Shown: positions 49,516 through 58,965, counted from the first letter of the stretch. The stretch: DNA of 64,000 nucleotides from a bacterium (GCA_965216315.1 CBDCFN010000016.1:1728001-1792000); one strand, 5' to 3'. Notes: a model not told the origin generated them from the letters alone. A program made the numbers and translations.

Positions 49516-50511
49516 ATGCGATGGGGAATTGCGTTATTCTGCCTGCTGTTTGCCGTGACGCCGTTGAGCGGAAAACCGGCGGACGCAGAAGAAAAAGACC
49601 CACTGGCCAATAAATCGGCGATGGAAATCGTCATCATTGCCTCAGAGGGAATGGCGGAGTCGCTCGATAAGAGCACCAAGCTGGATGCGGTTCGTCAGGC
49701 CCTGAGTAAATCCCTCAAATTTGTGGCGAAAGACACGCATGTCGCCTTGCGTGTCAGCGGACATCGCGTTGCCAAAAGCGACGCCGAACAGAGCTGCGCC
49801 GACAGCGAGCTTATGATTCGCCCCGACGCAGGAACCATCGATGCGGTAGCGGCGAAACTCGGCGACATCCGCCCGCAAGGCAAACACTCGGTAGTGAAGA
49901 GCCTTTCCTTAGCGCTCGCCGACCTTGCCAAGTACGGCGGAACCAAAACCCTGATGCTCTTCACCGATGGCAAGGACGACTGTCTCGACCAGGATCCCAT
50001 CGCCTTTCTAGCCCCCGCATCGCTGAAAAACCAAAACTACGTGATCCACATTCGGGGTGTCGGACTCAGCGAAGACGCGGCTGCCTCCCTTAAAGCCATT
50101 GCCGATGGCACGGGCGGAACCTTCACGACGGCCAATGACAGTTCGACTCTGGCCCAACAAATGGGAATCAGCCCGGCAAAGGAAGCTCCTCCGCCTAAAC
50201 CAGCTCAGCCAGGACAACCAGAAACGCCCATAGCTCCCAAACCGGGACAACCTGAGGCCCCCATAGCAAAGGCACCACCACCGCCGCCTCCTCCGCCACC
50301 GACGTTAGACACGAAGAAGCTCGTGCGCGAGATAGTCAAAGAGGTCAACGCGGCGATCGCGAAAATGCCAAAACCTAAGGAACCAAAACCACTGCCACTA
50401 CCTCCACCCAAAACTTTTTCAAAGGTCTCTCTGTTAATTATCGGCATTGAAACCCTCTTACTCATTCTTTCTTTTGCGGTCATTATTCTCCTAGCCATTA
50501 AGAAACGCTGA
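49516..50511 (+). CDS. Exported VWA-domain protein with Pro-rich linker and C-terminal TM anchor
   Basis: Signal MRWGIALFCLL; KLDAVRQAL, ALRVSGH, LFTDGKDDC, IHIRGVGL, IADGTGG VWA pattern; poly-Pro; TM followed by KKR. Confidence 0.82.
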   Translation: MRWGIALFCLLFAVTPLSGKPADAEEKDPLANKSAMEIVIIASEGMAESLDKSTKLDAVRQALSKSLKFVAKDTHVALRVSGHRVAKSDAEQSCADSELMIRPDAGTIDAVAAKLGDIRPQGKHSVVKSLSLALADLAKYGGTKTLMLFTDGKDDCLDQDPIAFLAPASLKNQNYVIHIRGVGLSEDAAASLKAIADGTGGTFTTANDSSTLAQQMGISPAKEAPPPKPAQPGQPETPIAPKPGQPEAPIAKAPPPPPPPPPTLDTKKLVREIVKEVNAAIAKMPKPKEPKPLPLPPPKTFSKVSLLIIGIETLLLILSFAVIILLAIKKR

Positions 50512-50523
50512 GATTAGGATTCC

Positions 50524-51342
50524 GTGCGCAATCAAGACATAATCGACGTTCTGGAAGATTTTGCTCCTTTAGGTCTTGCTGAGGAATGGGATGCCGTCGG
50601 CCTCCAAGTAGGAGATCCACAGCAAGAATGCAATACGGTCGCCCTCGCCCTTGATCTCACCGCCGAGAACTTAGCTGAAGCGCAGGCGGTCGGAGCCAAT
50701 ATGATTGTCGTGCATCATCCTATTCTTATGCGCGCTACCAAGACGATTCGTTATGATCAGCCACTCGGACATCTTATCCAACAATTATGTACCCACAAAC
50801 TATCGCTCTACGTCATGCACACCAATCTTGATTCAACTCGCGGAGGGCTCAATGATCATCTGGCGAATGCAATCGGGCTAATCAACGTACGCAGTCTCTT
50901 ACCTGCCCCTGCAACAACTCCCGAGCGTTTTCAGGGACAAGTTGTCGGGCTCGGCCGCATTGGTGAACTACAGGAAGGCATCCCCCTCGCTACTCTTGCA
51001 ACACGGCTCCAAGAGGAGCTCCGCCCGGAAGCCCTGCGCATCATCGGGCCTGATCAGCGCCAGATTCAAAGTGTCGCTTTGTGCTCGGGAAGTGGTGGCT
51101 CCTTAGTCCATCAAGCCATTAACAGTGGAGCGGACTGTTATGTCACCGGTGACGTCAAATATCACCAGGCGCTTGATGCGGAAGCGGCTGGGCTCTGCAT
51201 TCTTGATGCCGGTCACTATGCCACCGAGATTTCAAGCATTGCCATTATGCAATCCGTCCTCACGACAAAATTTGGAAATGATTTGAATATCGTACGCCTC
51301 GAAAAGGCACGTGATCCATTAAGAGCTTTTCATTCTGTCTAA
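50524..51342 (+). CDS. Nif3-like dinuclear metal centre protein (YbgI/YqfO family)
   Basis: AEEWDAVGLQVG, HHP, HTNLD, CSGSG, TGDVKYH, DAGHYATE. Confidence 0.93.
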   Translation: MRNQDIIDVLEDFAPLGLAEEWDAVGLQVGDPQQECNTVALALDLTAENLAEAQAVGANMIVVHHPILMRATKTIRYDQPLGHLIQQLCTHKLSLYVMHTNLDSTRGGLNDHLANAIGLINVRSLLPAPATTPERFQGQVVGLGRIGELQEGIPLATLATRLQEELRPEALRIIGPDQRQIQSVALCSGSGGSLVHQAINSGADCYVTGDVKYHQALDAEAAGLCILDAGHYATEISSIAIMQSVLTTKFGNDLNIVRLEKARDPLRAFHSV

Positions 51343-52152
51343 TACACCTGCATAATATTCTGTTGCGCTAGCGTTATCCCTTTTCGCAAAACCTTTAATC
51401 AGAATATCACAGCGTCTCCTAATATCACTCTTAACAATTTTTTTTTGTTCTTCATTGATAGCCGCATCATCCAAAATCTTTAGTAGGGCCTGAATTCGAT
51501 AACGATCCAAACCCCATTGACGCGATAGCTGGTCTTCATGGCCGCCACGCTTAATGGTCAAGGCATCACGCAGCGTTTCAACCTTAAAATGTAGCGCGAT
51601 ACGCAACCACAGGTCGTAGTCTTCGCACGCAGGCAATTCTTCATCAAAGTGGCCGCATCGATCAAAAACCTCGCGATGGATCATGACTGCTGAGGGAGAA
51701 ACCAGACATAAAGGAATCATTTCTTCAAAAACCCAACCGGACGGCTTACGGTGAATTTCCCGGGGATTGACGCGACGGCCATTACGAATCCAGATTTCTT
51801 CCGTCTGCAGGACCCGCAATGAGGAATCAGCCTGAATGGCGTCCCACTGTCGTCTAAGTTTATCCGGCACCCAGAGATCATCGGAGTCGAGTAAGGCGAT
51901 CCAATCGTAACGGGCTGCTGCGATTCCGCGATTGCGGGCGGCACTCACTCCTCGTTGATCCTGGTAAATGTATTCCAGTTCCATTGGAAATTCGCGACAG
52001 AGCGCTGCTGTCTGGTCCGTAGAGCCATCATCGACGACAATGAGCTCCAGCGGCTGCAGCGTCTGGTTTCGGACTGATTCAAGGCATTCTCGAAGCCAGT
52101 CCGCCCGGTTATAGGTCGGAATGACCACGCTAATAGCAGGCTTTTTCATCAT
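51319..52152 (-). CDS. Glycosyltransferase family 2
   Basis: SVVIPTYNR, VDDGSTD, GVSAARNRG, LDSDD, CEDYDLWLR. Confidence 0.93.
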   Translation of the reverse strand: MMKKPAISVVIPTYNRADWLRECLESVRNQTLQPLELIVVDDGSTDQTAALCREFPMELEYIYQDQRGVSAARNRGIAAARYDWIALLDSDDLWVPDKLRRQWDAIQADSSLRVLQTEEIWIRNGRRVNPREIHRKPSGWVFEEMIPLCLVSPSAVMIHREVFDRCGHFDEELPACEDYDLWLRIALHFKVETLRDALTIKRGGHEDQLSRQWGLDRYRIQALLKILDDAAINEEQKKIVKSDIRRRCDILIKGFAKRDNASATEYYAGVLDRMKSS

Positions 52153-52205
52153 AACTAGCTAAAATCATTAATTTAATTCTAACTGACGCATTGCGTCTTT
52201 TTCAC

Positions 52206-52233
52206 GCAACTTCTAACGCACCGTGTCGATACT
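52206..52233 (+). promoter_or_regulatory. Sigma-28-like promoter motif, copy 5 (GCAACTTC-N11-GTCGATAC)
   Basis: CAACTT 52207-52212, 13-nt spacer, TCGATA 52226-52231, ATG at 52244. Confidence 0.65.
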
Positions 52234-52243
52234 GGGCGGCACT

Positions 52244-53407
52244 ATGTCGATCAATCCCGGTTTACTCATGCCGCGTGTGGCCCTCGTCCTCCCTGGAGAT
52301 GCGATGTGGGGCGCCTTCCAAACAGCCTTTTCTATCGAACTTGCTGGGCAATTGGAAGGGCTCGGTTATGGGGCACAACCCTTCGACTTAACCGTGGGGA
52401 GCTCGTCCGGTAGCCTCGTCGCAACCGTTGCGGCCGCGGGAACCAACATCGATCACGACCTTGCCCACGATAGCTGGGTCTCGTTTGCACAGCGCACAAA
52501 CCGCAAGCGCGTTGTCATCCAACGAGCCTTGCGAGGAAAGTTTGCCCCTCCTCACCGCGAGGCCATGGCCGAAATTTTTTCAAGTGGACTCATTGACACC
52601 GCGGCAGCTTTTGCCAGCCGCAGCACCGTCGTCGTCTCGGCCAGCTACTTTGATAAGCACCGGACCCTTGAATCAACAGGCCTGAGCGCTGCGGCTCTGC
52701 TGGATAGCCTGCGTCACCTGTTAAATAGACATCATTCACGCGGAACAGCGGAATTAAGCGATCGATTCGTTCGACTCATCGAGACAAGCGCGGAAATATT
52801 TTCGCCACGCTACTTTACTAGTAAAAGTTGGAGGGATCACACTGAGGAACAATTACCGGCGCAATGGAACATACTGCGCGATAAAGATGAATTCCTTCAA
52901 GCCGTCATGGCGTCATCCTTAGTTCCTTATCTCTATGGCAAGCCCGAAGACGTTCTGGGAGAAACACTTATTGATGGCGTATTTTCGGACAACGCTCCCG
53001 TGGAATTAGCGTTCCTTTTTGGAGCCACGCACGTCTTTGTCGTCAATAGCAGCCGTAAAGGCAATGTGTTTCCACGACCCGTGCAAAGTCTCATCCGCCG
53101 CGGACTCTTCAAGGCTATTCAAACATCACCGCGTCTTGCTGAAAGGCTGCCCTTGGAACCTGCCGCTCCACTGGACATTAAAGCGCTGGAGCAACGCTAT
53201 CCGGGCCAGCACATCCATGTTATTTCCCCAAAGAAAGCCCCTTCGGTAAACCGTTTTTTTGCCCGACCGGAGACAGTCTCTCATATCTACGCATTGGGGC
53301 GTCAAGCGGCCCATGATATCAGGCACTTACTGCCGCCCCCCCTCCACAACTTCAGGTCGAGCCACGCTAGCAACAAATCTCATCGCAATACGATAGACGC
53401 TGCATGA
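52244..53407 (+). CDS. Patatin-like phospholipase, paralog 1
   Basis: ALVLPGDAMWG, VGSSSGS (GxSxG), MASSLVP, LIDGVFSDNAP; start moved to ATG 52244, downstream of the promoter motif. Confidence 0.82.
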   Translation: MSINPGLLMPRVALVLPGDAMWGAFQTAFSIELAGQLEGLGYGAQPFDLTVGSSSGSLVATVAAAGTNIDHDLAHDSWVSFAQRTNRKRVVIQRALRGKFAPPHREAMAEIFSSGLIDTAAAFASRSTVVVSASYFDKHRTLESTGLSAAALLDSLRHLLNRHHSRGTAELSDRFVRLIETSAEIFSPRYFTSKSWRDHTEEQLPAQWNILRDKDEFLQAVMASSLVPYLYGKPEDVLGETLIDGVFSDNAPVELAFLFGATHVFVVNSSRKGNVFPRPVQSLIRRGLFKAIQTSPRLAERLPLEPAAPLDIKALEQRYPGQHIHVISPKKAPSVNRFFARPETVSHIYALGRQAAHDIRHLLPPPLHNFRSSHASNKSHRNTIDAA

Positions 53408-54555
53408 GCATAGCCGTAGTGATCCAGGGTGAGGCCATCTGGGGGGCATTCTCCCATGGGGCCCTGAATCAATTGACCCAACACCTTCAAGCCGCCGGCC
53501 ATGACGAAACGCCGTATCAATTAGCCGTCGGCAGTTCGACCGGCAGCCTTCTGGCCGCCATTGCATCACTTCCTCCTCACGCTCACGAAGAAACCCGCGC
53601 AGCTTGGATGGCGCTGGGTCGAGCCGGTACCGGCGTGCGCTCGCTAGGACGACGTCTACTACAGCGCAATTTTAGCAATCCGCATGAAGCGGCACTACAA
53701 TATATCATCGAGCATCAACTTCCCAGTGGTCGACAGCTCGTCAACATCAATGATGTTCTGACTAGTGACACTCTTTCGGTCATTGTCACCAGTGATTTTG
53801 AACTCACACAATTTCTAGACGCCACCGAAGCCGCCTTCAATCTAGTTGAACACGGTCTGCACCGTTTTCTTAAGAGTGACGAAACTCTCTCACCTGAAAG
53901 AATGAGCCACCTACTTCACACAAGTGCGAATCTGTTTGCGCCGCGTTACTTCGCCACGGGACCCTGGCCCGTAACCCATGCAGACGACGAACCGGAACAA
54001 TGGCAAATCATGCGAGATGAAGCCGAAGTACGAACGGCAATTGCGGGATCGACCCGTATCCCCCTCTTCTTCGGAGGCCCTGTCGGCCTTGGCAATAGTC
54101 GCCTCTTTGATGGGGCCTTTGCGGACAACGTCCCCGTCGAGCTAGCACTGCGTTATGGAGCCGAAGATGTCTTTATCATTACAAGCAGCCACCGAGGCAA
54201 TATCTATGAGCGCCCGGCACAGAGTATGCTGCAGCGACAAATACGGAATGCCTTAGGCGTCTCCGGTGCCCTCGCGGACTTCCTGACTTCGTCGGAGCGA
54301 ACCCGTGGCCTTGGCGAACGCTTGGGTCATCTGGGCGAACTGTGGAATGAGATCCCTAAGCCGCGTCCTTTGGACCTTGATGCCCTCCGCAGCGCCTACC
54401 CGAATCAGCGCATTCATGTCATCCACCCGCCGCGCAACACTCCGGGAGTCATGCGCTTTGGCGAGTGGCGCCCTGAAATCATTGGCGAGCTTTATGACCT
54501 AGGTACTCAAGCGACTGATCTACATGAAGACGCCATTATCTCGACTTCTTATTGA
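53404..54555 (+). CDS. Patatin-like phospholipase, paralog 2
   Basis: AVVIQGEAIWG, VGSSTGS, AGSTRIP, LFDGAFADNVP; ATGA overlap with paralog 1. Confidence 0.82.
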   Translation: MSIAVVIQGEAIWGAFSHGALNQLTQHLQAAGHDETPYQLAVGSSTGSLLAAIASLPPHAHEETRAAWMALGRAGTGVRSLGRRLLQRNFSNPHEAALQYIIEHQLPSGRQLVNINDVLTSDTLSVIVTSDFELTQFLDATEAAFNLVEHGLHRFLKSDETLSPERMSHLLHTSANLFAPRYFATGPWPVTHADDEPEQWQIMRDEAEVRTAIAGSTRIPLFFGGPVGLGNSRLFDGAFADNVPVELALRYGAEDVFIITSSHRGNIYERPAQSMLQRQIRNALGVSGALADFLTSSERTRGLGERLGHLGELWNEIPKPRPLDLDALRSAYPNQRIHVIHPPRNTPGVMRFGEWRPEIIGELYDLGTQATDLHEDAIISTSY

Positions 54556-55298
54556 CCGATTTCCGACAAGAACTTATCGAGACTCTCAATATATTTCTCG
54601 GCATCGGCATGGATGCCCCCGTGTTCCGTGCCTTCAAAAGTCACCATGCGCTTGGGATGCGGGGCGGCTTCATAGAGAATCTTGCCCATGTGATATGGCA
54701 CGACATTATCTTCCTTGCCATGCATGATTAACAGCGGCTCATGCAACTCTTTGATCAGATCAATCGATCGGTAGACATCGGGTGCCAAGCCGGAGATGAT
54801 CGAATAGGCGGACTTCGCCATATCTTTAATCGAAGTGAAGGTGCTATCCAAGATGAGAGCTGCGTATTTTTTCTTAGCAGCAACCTGCACCGCCATTGCT
54901 CCGCCAAGCGATTCCCCGTACAAAATGATATGATTTGGATCTATGTCGGATCGTGAGAGCACATATTCGTAAGCCGCTATCGAATCACCAACAACGCCAT
55001 TAAGACTTGGCGACCCTTCGCTGCCACCATAGCCACGATAATCGAAAATAAAGACATTCATGCCTAAACCATGAAGCAATTTTATTTTAGGCAGACGATC
55101 GCCTATATTGCCGGCATTCCCGTGATAAAAAATGAGGGTTCGGTTAGGCGGTCCTCCGGGAAAGAACCAACCATGCAATTTGAGTCCATCCGTGGATTCA
55201 ACAAAGACTTCCTCAAATTTCAGATCCCATTCTTGAGGATAAAGGGAGACAAGTTTATCAGGGAAAAAAATGAATTTGATGGCGAGCCAAGTGAGCAT
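54549..55298 (-). CDS. Alpha/beta hydrolase (ABHD13/Bem46-like); alternative start 55331
   Basis: LHGWF, YHGNAGNI, DYRGYGGSEG, YGESLGG, HGKEDNVVP, EH. Confidence 0.9.
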   Translation of the reverse strand: MLTWLAIKFIFFPDKLVSLYPQEWDLKFEEVFVESTDGLKLHGWFFPGGPPNRTLIFYHGNAGNIGDRLPKIKLLHGLGMNVFIFDYRGYGGSEGSPSLNGVVGDSIAAYEYVLSRSDIDPNHIILYGESLGGAMAVQVAAKKKYAALILDSTFTSIKDMAKSAYSIISGLAPDVYRSIDLIKELHEPLLIMHGKEDNVVPYHMGKILYEAAPHPKRMVTFEGTEHGGIHADAEKYIESLDKFLSEIGQ

Positions 55299-55367
55299 AT
55301 TGGTCACAATGTTGCCACTATACCGAATCACAAGGGTTTTTGTATAGTTTTTGGAGGGCGTGATTCA

Positions 55368-56105
55368 TCATGCTTTTACCAGATTCTTCAAATTTGCGAC
55401 CTCCGTCGCGGTCAGCACCCGATATTTGCCCGGCTCAATCCCATCGACAGCAAGCGACCCGATAGCGACGCGGACTAGACGCAGCACCGTATGCCCGACG
55501 GCCTCGCAGAGACGGCGCACAATGCGATTACGTCCCTCGGTCACGGCAATTTCGAGCCAACAGTTGTGGGGATTCTGCTTGATGATTTGAGCGGATACGG
55601 CGCGTGCCGGGCCGTCCTCCAACGAAACGCCTTCCAGCAACTCAGTAAGCTTCTTTTTATCAATGAGGCCCTTTATTTTGACGTGATAAATTTTAGAAAC
55701 TTCCGATGAGGGATGTGTGAGCTGGTGTTGCAGTTCGCCGTCATTAGTTAGCAATAAGAGACCTTCCGAATCAAAATCGAGTCGACCGACTGGATGCAGT
55801 AATGTTGGTAGCTCTTTTAAATAGTCGTAGATCAAAGGGCGGTCCCCGGGGTCATTCCGTGCTACGAGCACATTGCGAGGTTTATGAAAGGCATAATAAA
55901 ATAGTGACGCCTTGCTGGGCAGAGGTTCACCGTCAACCGTAATTTTATCAGTAACCGAATCCGCCTTGGTCCCCGCCTCGGTTACAACCGAACCGTTGAC
56001 GCTCACCCGCCCAGCTGCAATCCATTGCTCCGCTTCCCGCCTTGAAGCCACCCCACTCTTCGCAATGATTTTCTGCAATCGTTCCCTAATGCTCACACCC
56101 CTCAA
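55368..56105 (-). CDS. rluB: 23S rRNA pseudouridine synthase (RluB/RsuA family)
   Basis: S4 domain ERLQKIIAKSGVASRR; VGRLDFDSEGLLLLTNDG; EGRNRIVRR. Confidence 0.88.
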   Translation of the reverse strand: MRGVSIRERLQKIIAKSGVASRREAEQWIAAGRVSVNGSVVTEAGTKADSVTDKITVDGEPLPSKASLFYYAFHKPRNVLVARNDPGDRPLIYDYLKELPTLLHPVGRLDFDSEGLLLLTNDGELQHQLTHPSSEVSKIYHVKIKGLIDKKKLTELLEGVSLEDGPARAVSAQIIKQNPHNCWLEIAVTEGRNRIVRRLCEAVGHTVLRLVRVAIGSLAVDGIEPGKYRVLTATEVANLKNLVKA

Positions 56106-57033
56106 TATATTCTTTGTCCGCTAAAAATTCTCGCAAGCGTTTATGAAATAACTTGGGTTGTTCTAGCATTGGGTAGTGCCCGCATTCAGGAATGATAGCC
56201 AGACGCGCTAACGGAACTTCTTTGTGTATTTTCAACGCAAGATCCGCCGGAAGCAACGTATCGTCTTCACCCCAAACTACCAGCATAGGGGTTCGAATTA
56301 CGGCCAGTTCCCCATGCACGGTAAAATGCATGAGATTCGCGGCCGCATTCTGCAAAGTGTGGCGTATCAGTTTCCATTCCGGATCATCCGGTAGGCCTTG
56401 CGCATGAAAGATCATATCGAGCACCGCGTCCGTTCGTTGAACAGCGCATCGCTCCAGGCTCTTGGCCAACATGCTGCGAGCAAAAGGCGAACGTAACATG
56501 AACCCAGCTATCGTCCGCAACACACGATGTTGGGGGATACGTATCCCTGCAGGAGCAACAACCCCTACACGCACGACAGGACCTGGATCTTCAATTAAGT
56601 AACGTAGAACCGTGGCCCCTCCCAACGAATGACCGATCAAAGTCAATGCTTTCAAATCAAGTTTTTCAATGAGCTCTCGCAATATACGTGCATAGAAACG
56701 AATACTGTAACTCTCATGGCCCTTATCACTTTTACCGAAACCTGGTAGATCAACAGCCATCACGCGATAGTCAGCTGAAAGGTCCTCAATCGTTTGCGAC
56801 CACCGACCTATATGCGCCCCCAACCCATGAACTAAAAGCAACAGGGGCCCTGATCCTTTTTCGGTAATGCACACGCGTCCGCAGGATAACTCGACAAACC
56901 GCTCTTCTCCGACGTAAACACGGTCAGCAAGATTCGTATAGCAACGCCCTTCCATTTCATGTTCATCTAAGGGGCGTCCCGAAAAAAAGGCTTTGATCGC
57001 GTATGAAATGTGTTTTTGCTTGGGCGGCGCCAT
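56086..57033 (-). CDS. Alpha/beta fold hydrolase
   Basis: VHGLG, DLPGFGKS, GHSLGG, WGEDD, CGHYP. Confidence 0.92.
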   Translation of the reverse strand: MAPPKQKHISYAIKAFFSGRPLDEHEMEGRCYTNLADRVYVGEERFVELSCGRVCITEKGSGPLLLLVHGLGAHIGRWSQTIEDLSADYRVMAVDLPGFGKSDKGHESYSIRFYARILRELIEKLDLKALTLIGHSLGGATVLRYLIEDPGPVVRVGVVAPAGIRIPQHRVLRTIAGFMLRSPFARSMLAKSLERCAVQRTDAVLDMIFHAQGLPDDPEWKLIRHTLQNAAANLMHFTVHGELAVIRTPMLVVWGEDDTLLPADLALKIHKEVPLARLAIIPECGHYPMLEQPKLFHKRLREFLADKEYIEGCEH

Positions 57034-57147
57034 GCTTCTAAAATACCCGATTGCCTACCCATGTGGCAAGGGAAGGCTTATCATTTCAAGGACTTATAAA
57101 AGCACCCATCACTTGTTCTTGATCACATATCCCGGTATCGTCTGAGT

Positions 57148-57510
57148 ATGGGTCAGGAATGTATCTTATTAATTGCACATGGCAGTCGTGCCAACCTCGC
57201 GAATGAGGAAGTCGCCGCGCTCGCCAACCAACTTGCGGAGGAAACCGGCACTCATGTTGAGGTCGCGTTTCTCGACAAAATCGCCCAACCGAACATTCCG
57301 GAAATGATCGATAAAATTGCCGCATCAGGAACTCAGAAAATCATCGTGCTTCCCTATTTTCTTAATACAGGGATGCATGTTCAGAGGGATATCCCGGAAA
57401 TAGTCAGCGCAAGCCAAAAAAAATATCCGCAATTAGCAATCTCAATAAAAGAGCACTTCGGTTCAAGTGGCCACGTCTTGGAATTACTCAAGAAAATTCT
57501 AGAAGAATAA
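57148..57510 (+). CDS. cbiX: Small CbiX/SirB-family sirohydrochlorin chelatase (single domain)
   Basis: LIAHGSR, VAFL, VLPYFL.TGMHV..DIP. Confidence 0.8.
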   Translation: MGQECILLIAHGSRANLANEEVAALANQLAEETGTHVEVAFLDKIAQPNIPEMIDKIAASGTQKIIVLPYFLNTGMHVQRDIPEIVSASQKKYPQLAISIKEHFGSSGHVLELLKKILEE

Positions 57511-57546
57511 AAAAGCCCCGGCGGGTTTTATCCCACCGGGGCCTTT
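57509..57546 (-). terminator. Intrinsic terminator (possibly bidirectional) between cbiX and the porin gene
   Basis: gccccggcggg-tttta-tcccaccggggc stem 57515-57542 with an A-run on the left, i.e. a U-tract on the minus strand. Confidence 0.8.
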
Positions 57547-57568
57547 CATGAGCATTTACGCTTCGAAC

Positions 57569-58717
57569 TTAGAAGTCGTAGTAGAACGCTCCAGCCACGC
57601 CATAGACATGGTACTTACCACCGGCAGACGCTTTACCAAGGTCATAACGACCTTCGATGGAGAAGCGTGCGCCATCCGTGATTTCGTAACCTGTCGCAAG
57701 CGTCAGGTCATGTTGTTGACCTGCGAATGCACCGGTACCGACACCAGCAACCATCGGGTTAGCAGGCACAATGCCTACGCCGCCCGCTTGGCCGTTGTCC
57801 AGATCCCAGAGGAAACCATAACGAAGGGTTCCATCCCAGATGTCGGAGAATGCATAACGGAACTGAAGAGTACCAGCCATATACTGGAAGTTCTCTGTTC
57901 CGGGACCACCGGCACTATTGTCCTGACGGTAGAGACCTTCAAGATCAATATAGAAGCCTTCGGTCACGTTAATGGCCGCAGCAAGGTCACCAGCAAAGCT
58001 GTAACCTTTCTTAGTGGCACGCTCAGGTCCGATCATACCTGTAAAACGGACCCAAGATCCTTCGCCAGCTTCGGCATTGGACCATTCCACGTTGAAACCA
58101 CCAGACGGCATATCCGTGGTGACACCAACGCCGGCATCCTGAAGATCATTGACGATAAAGACGTCAAGTGACCAATTTTCATTGAAGCCGTAGTAGAAGT
58201 TTAAACCGGTAATGTTGTGCGGTAACAGTGCACGGTGAATCGTGCTGAACGAAATCGTGCTCAGCTCGTTTCGATCGATAGGATCGAGACCGATACCACT
58301 GTTAAAGCGACCGAATAACAGCTCACCGCCGTTACCGATCGGCACGTTCACAGTCACATAAGCTTGCTCAACACCTACTTGACCCGCAGCAGGACCAACG
58401 CGGTTACCTGCCGGAGTAAAGTCGATATCAGCACGCAGACGGATATTTTCTCCGAACTGCTTAGCTAAGTCCAATTCCACTTCATCAACGAAGAAATGGA
58501 ACTGATCCGTGGTGGCCGCACCTGGAGCAACCAGACCGTCATTCAACAGTCCAGCGGCTTGACCTGGTGCAATGGCAGAACTCCCGTGGGTGCGCTGCCA
58601 ACCGTCAACGATATTCACGTGTCCAGAGATCTCAAGATCTCCTTCAGCACGCGCATCGCTCACGCCCATGAGGCCAGCCACGGCAACAACAAGTGCCATA
58701 GCTATGAATTTCTTCAT
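57569..58717 (-). CDS. Outer membrane beta-barrel porin (BBP2/OmpL-like)
   Basis: Signal peptide ending ARA; VEQAYV, LFGRFNSGIG, EGRYD; C-terminal AFYYDF; AAGGAG RBS. Confidence 0.85.
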   Translation of the reverse strand: MKKFIAMALVVAVAGLMGVSDARAEGDLEISGHVNIVDGWQRTHGSSAIAPGQAAGLLNDGLVAPGAATTDQFHFFVDEVELDLAKQFGENIRLRADIDFTPAGNRVGPAAGQVGVEQAYVTVNVPIGNGGELLFGRFNSGIGLDPIDRNELSTISFSTIHRALLPHNITGLNFYYGFNENWSLDVFIVNDLQDAGVGVTTDMPSGGFNVEWSNAEAGEGSWVRFTGMIGPERATKKGYSFAGDLAAAINVTEGFYIDLEGLYRQDNSAGGPGTENFQYMAGTLQFRYAFSDIWDGTLRYGFLWDLDNGQAGGVGIVPANPMVAGVGTGAFAGQQHDLTLATGYEITDGARFSIEGRYDLGKASAGGKYHVYGVAGAFYYDF

Positions 58718-58936
58718 GGAGTACTCTCCTTAAGTTTGATTATTAACACGCCTTAACTTTTGTAACACTGGGCCCGGTTAGGGTGGAACACCCGCCCCAA
58801 AGCCCAAACTCTTAAAAATTTTTTATTAGGTGCAGCGTAAAAAACCCCTCAAAACGGCCCGAATGGTTGCGACCGCCTCCTGAGAAGGTTCCAACTGAAA
58901 ATGATGCTTGCTACTGCCAACCCTAATTTGCCGGCT

Positions 58937-58965
58937 TAGATACAGAATATTCCCCCCCCTGTCAA
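58937..58965 (-). promoter_or_regulatory. Candidate sigma-70 promoter of the porin gene
   Basis: TTGACA (58965-58960)-N17-TATCTA (58942-58937), ~220 nt upstream of the ATG. Confidence 0.55.

Noticed and set aside
57548..58171. 207-aa plus-strand ORF and similar long antisense ORFs (e.g. 2748-3377, 29682-30311, 63073-63735)
   Set aside because: They are shadows of well-supported genes on the opposite strand and have no motifs of their own.
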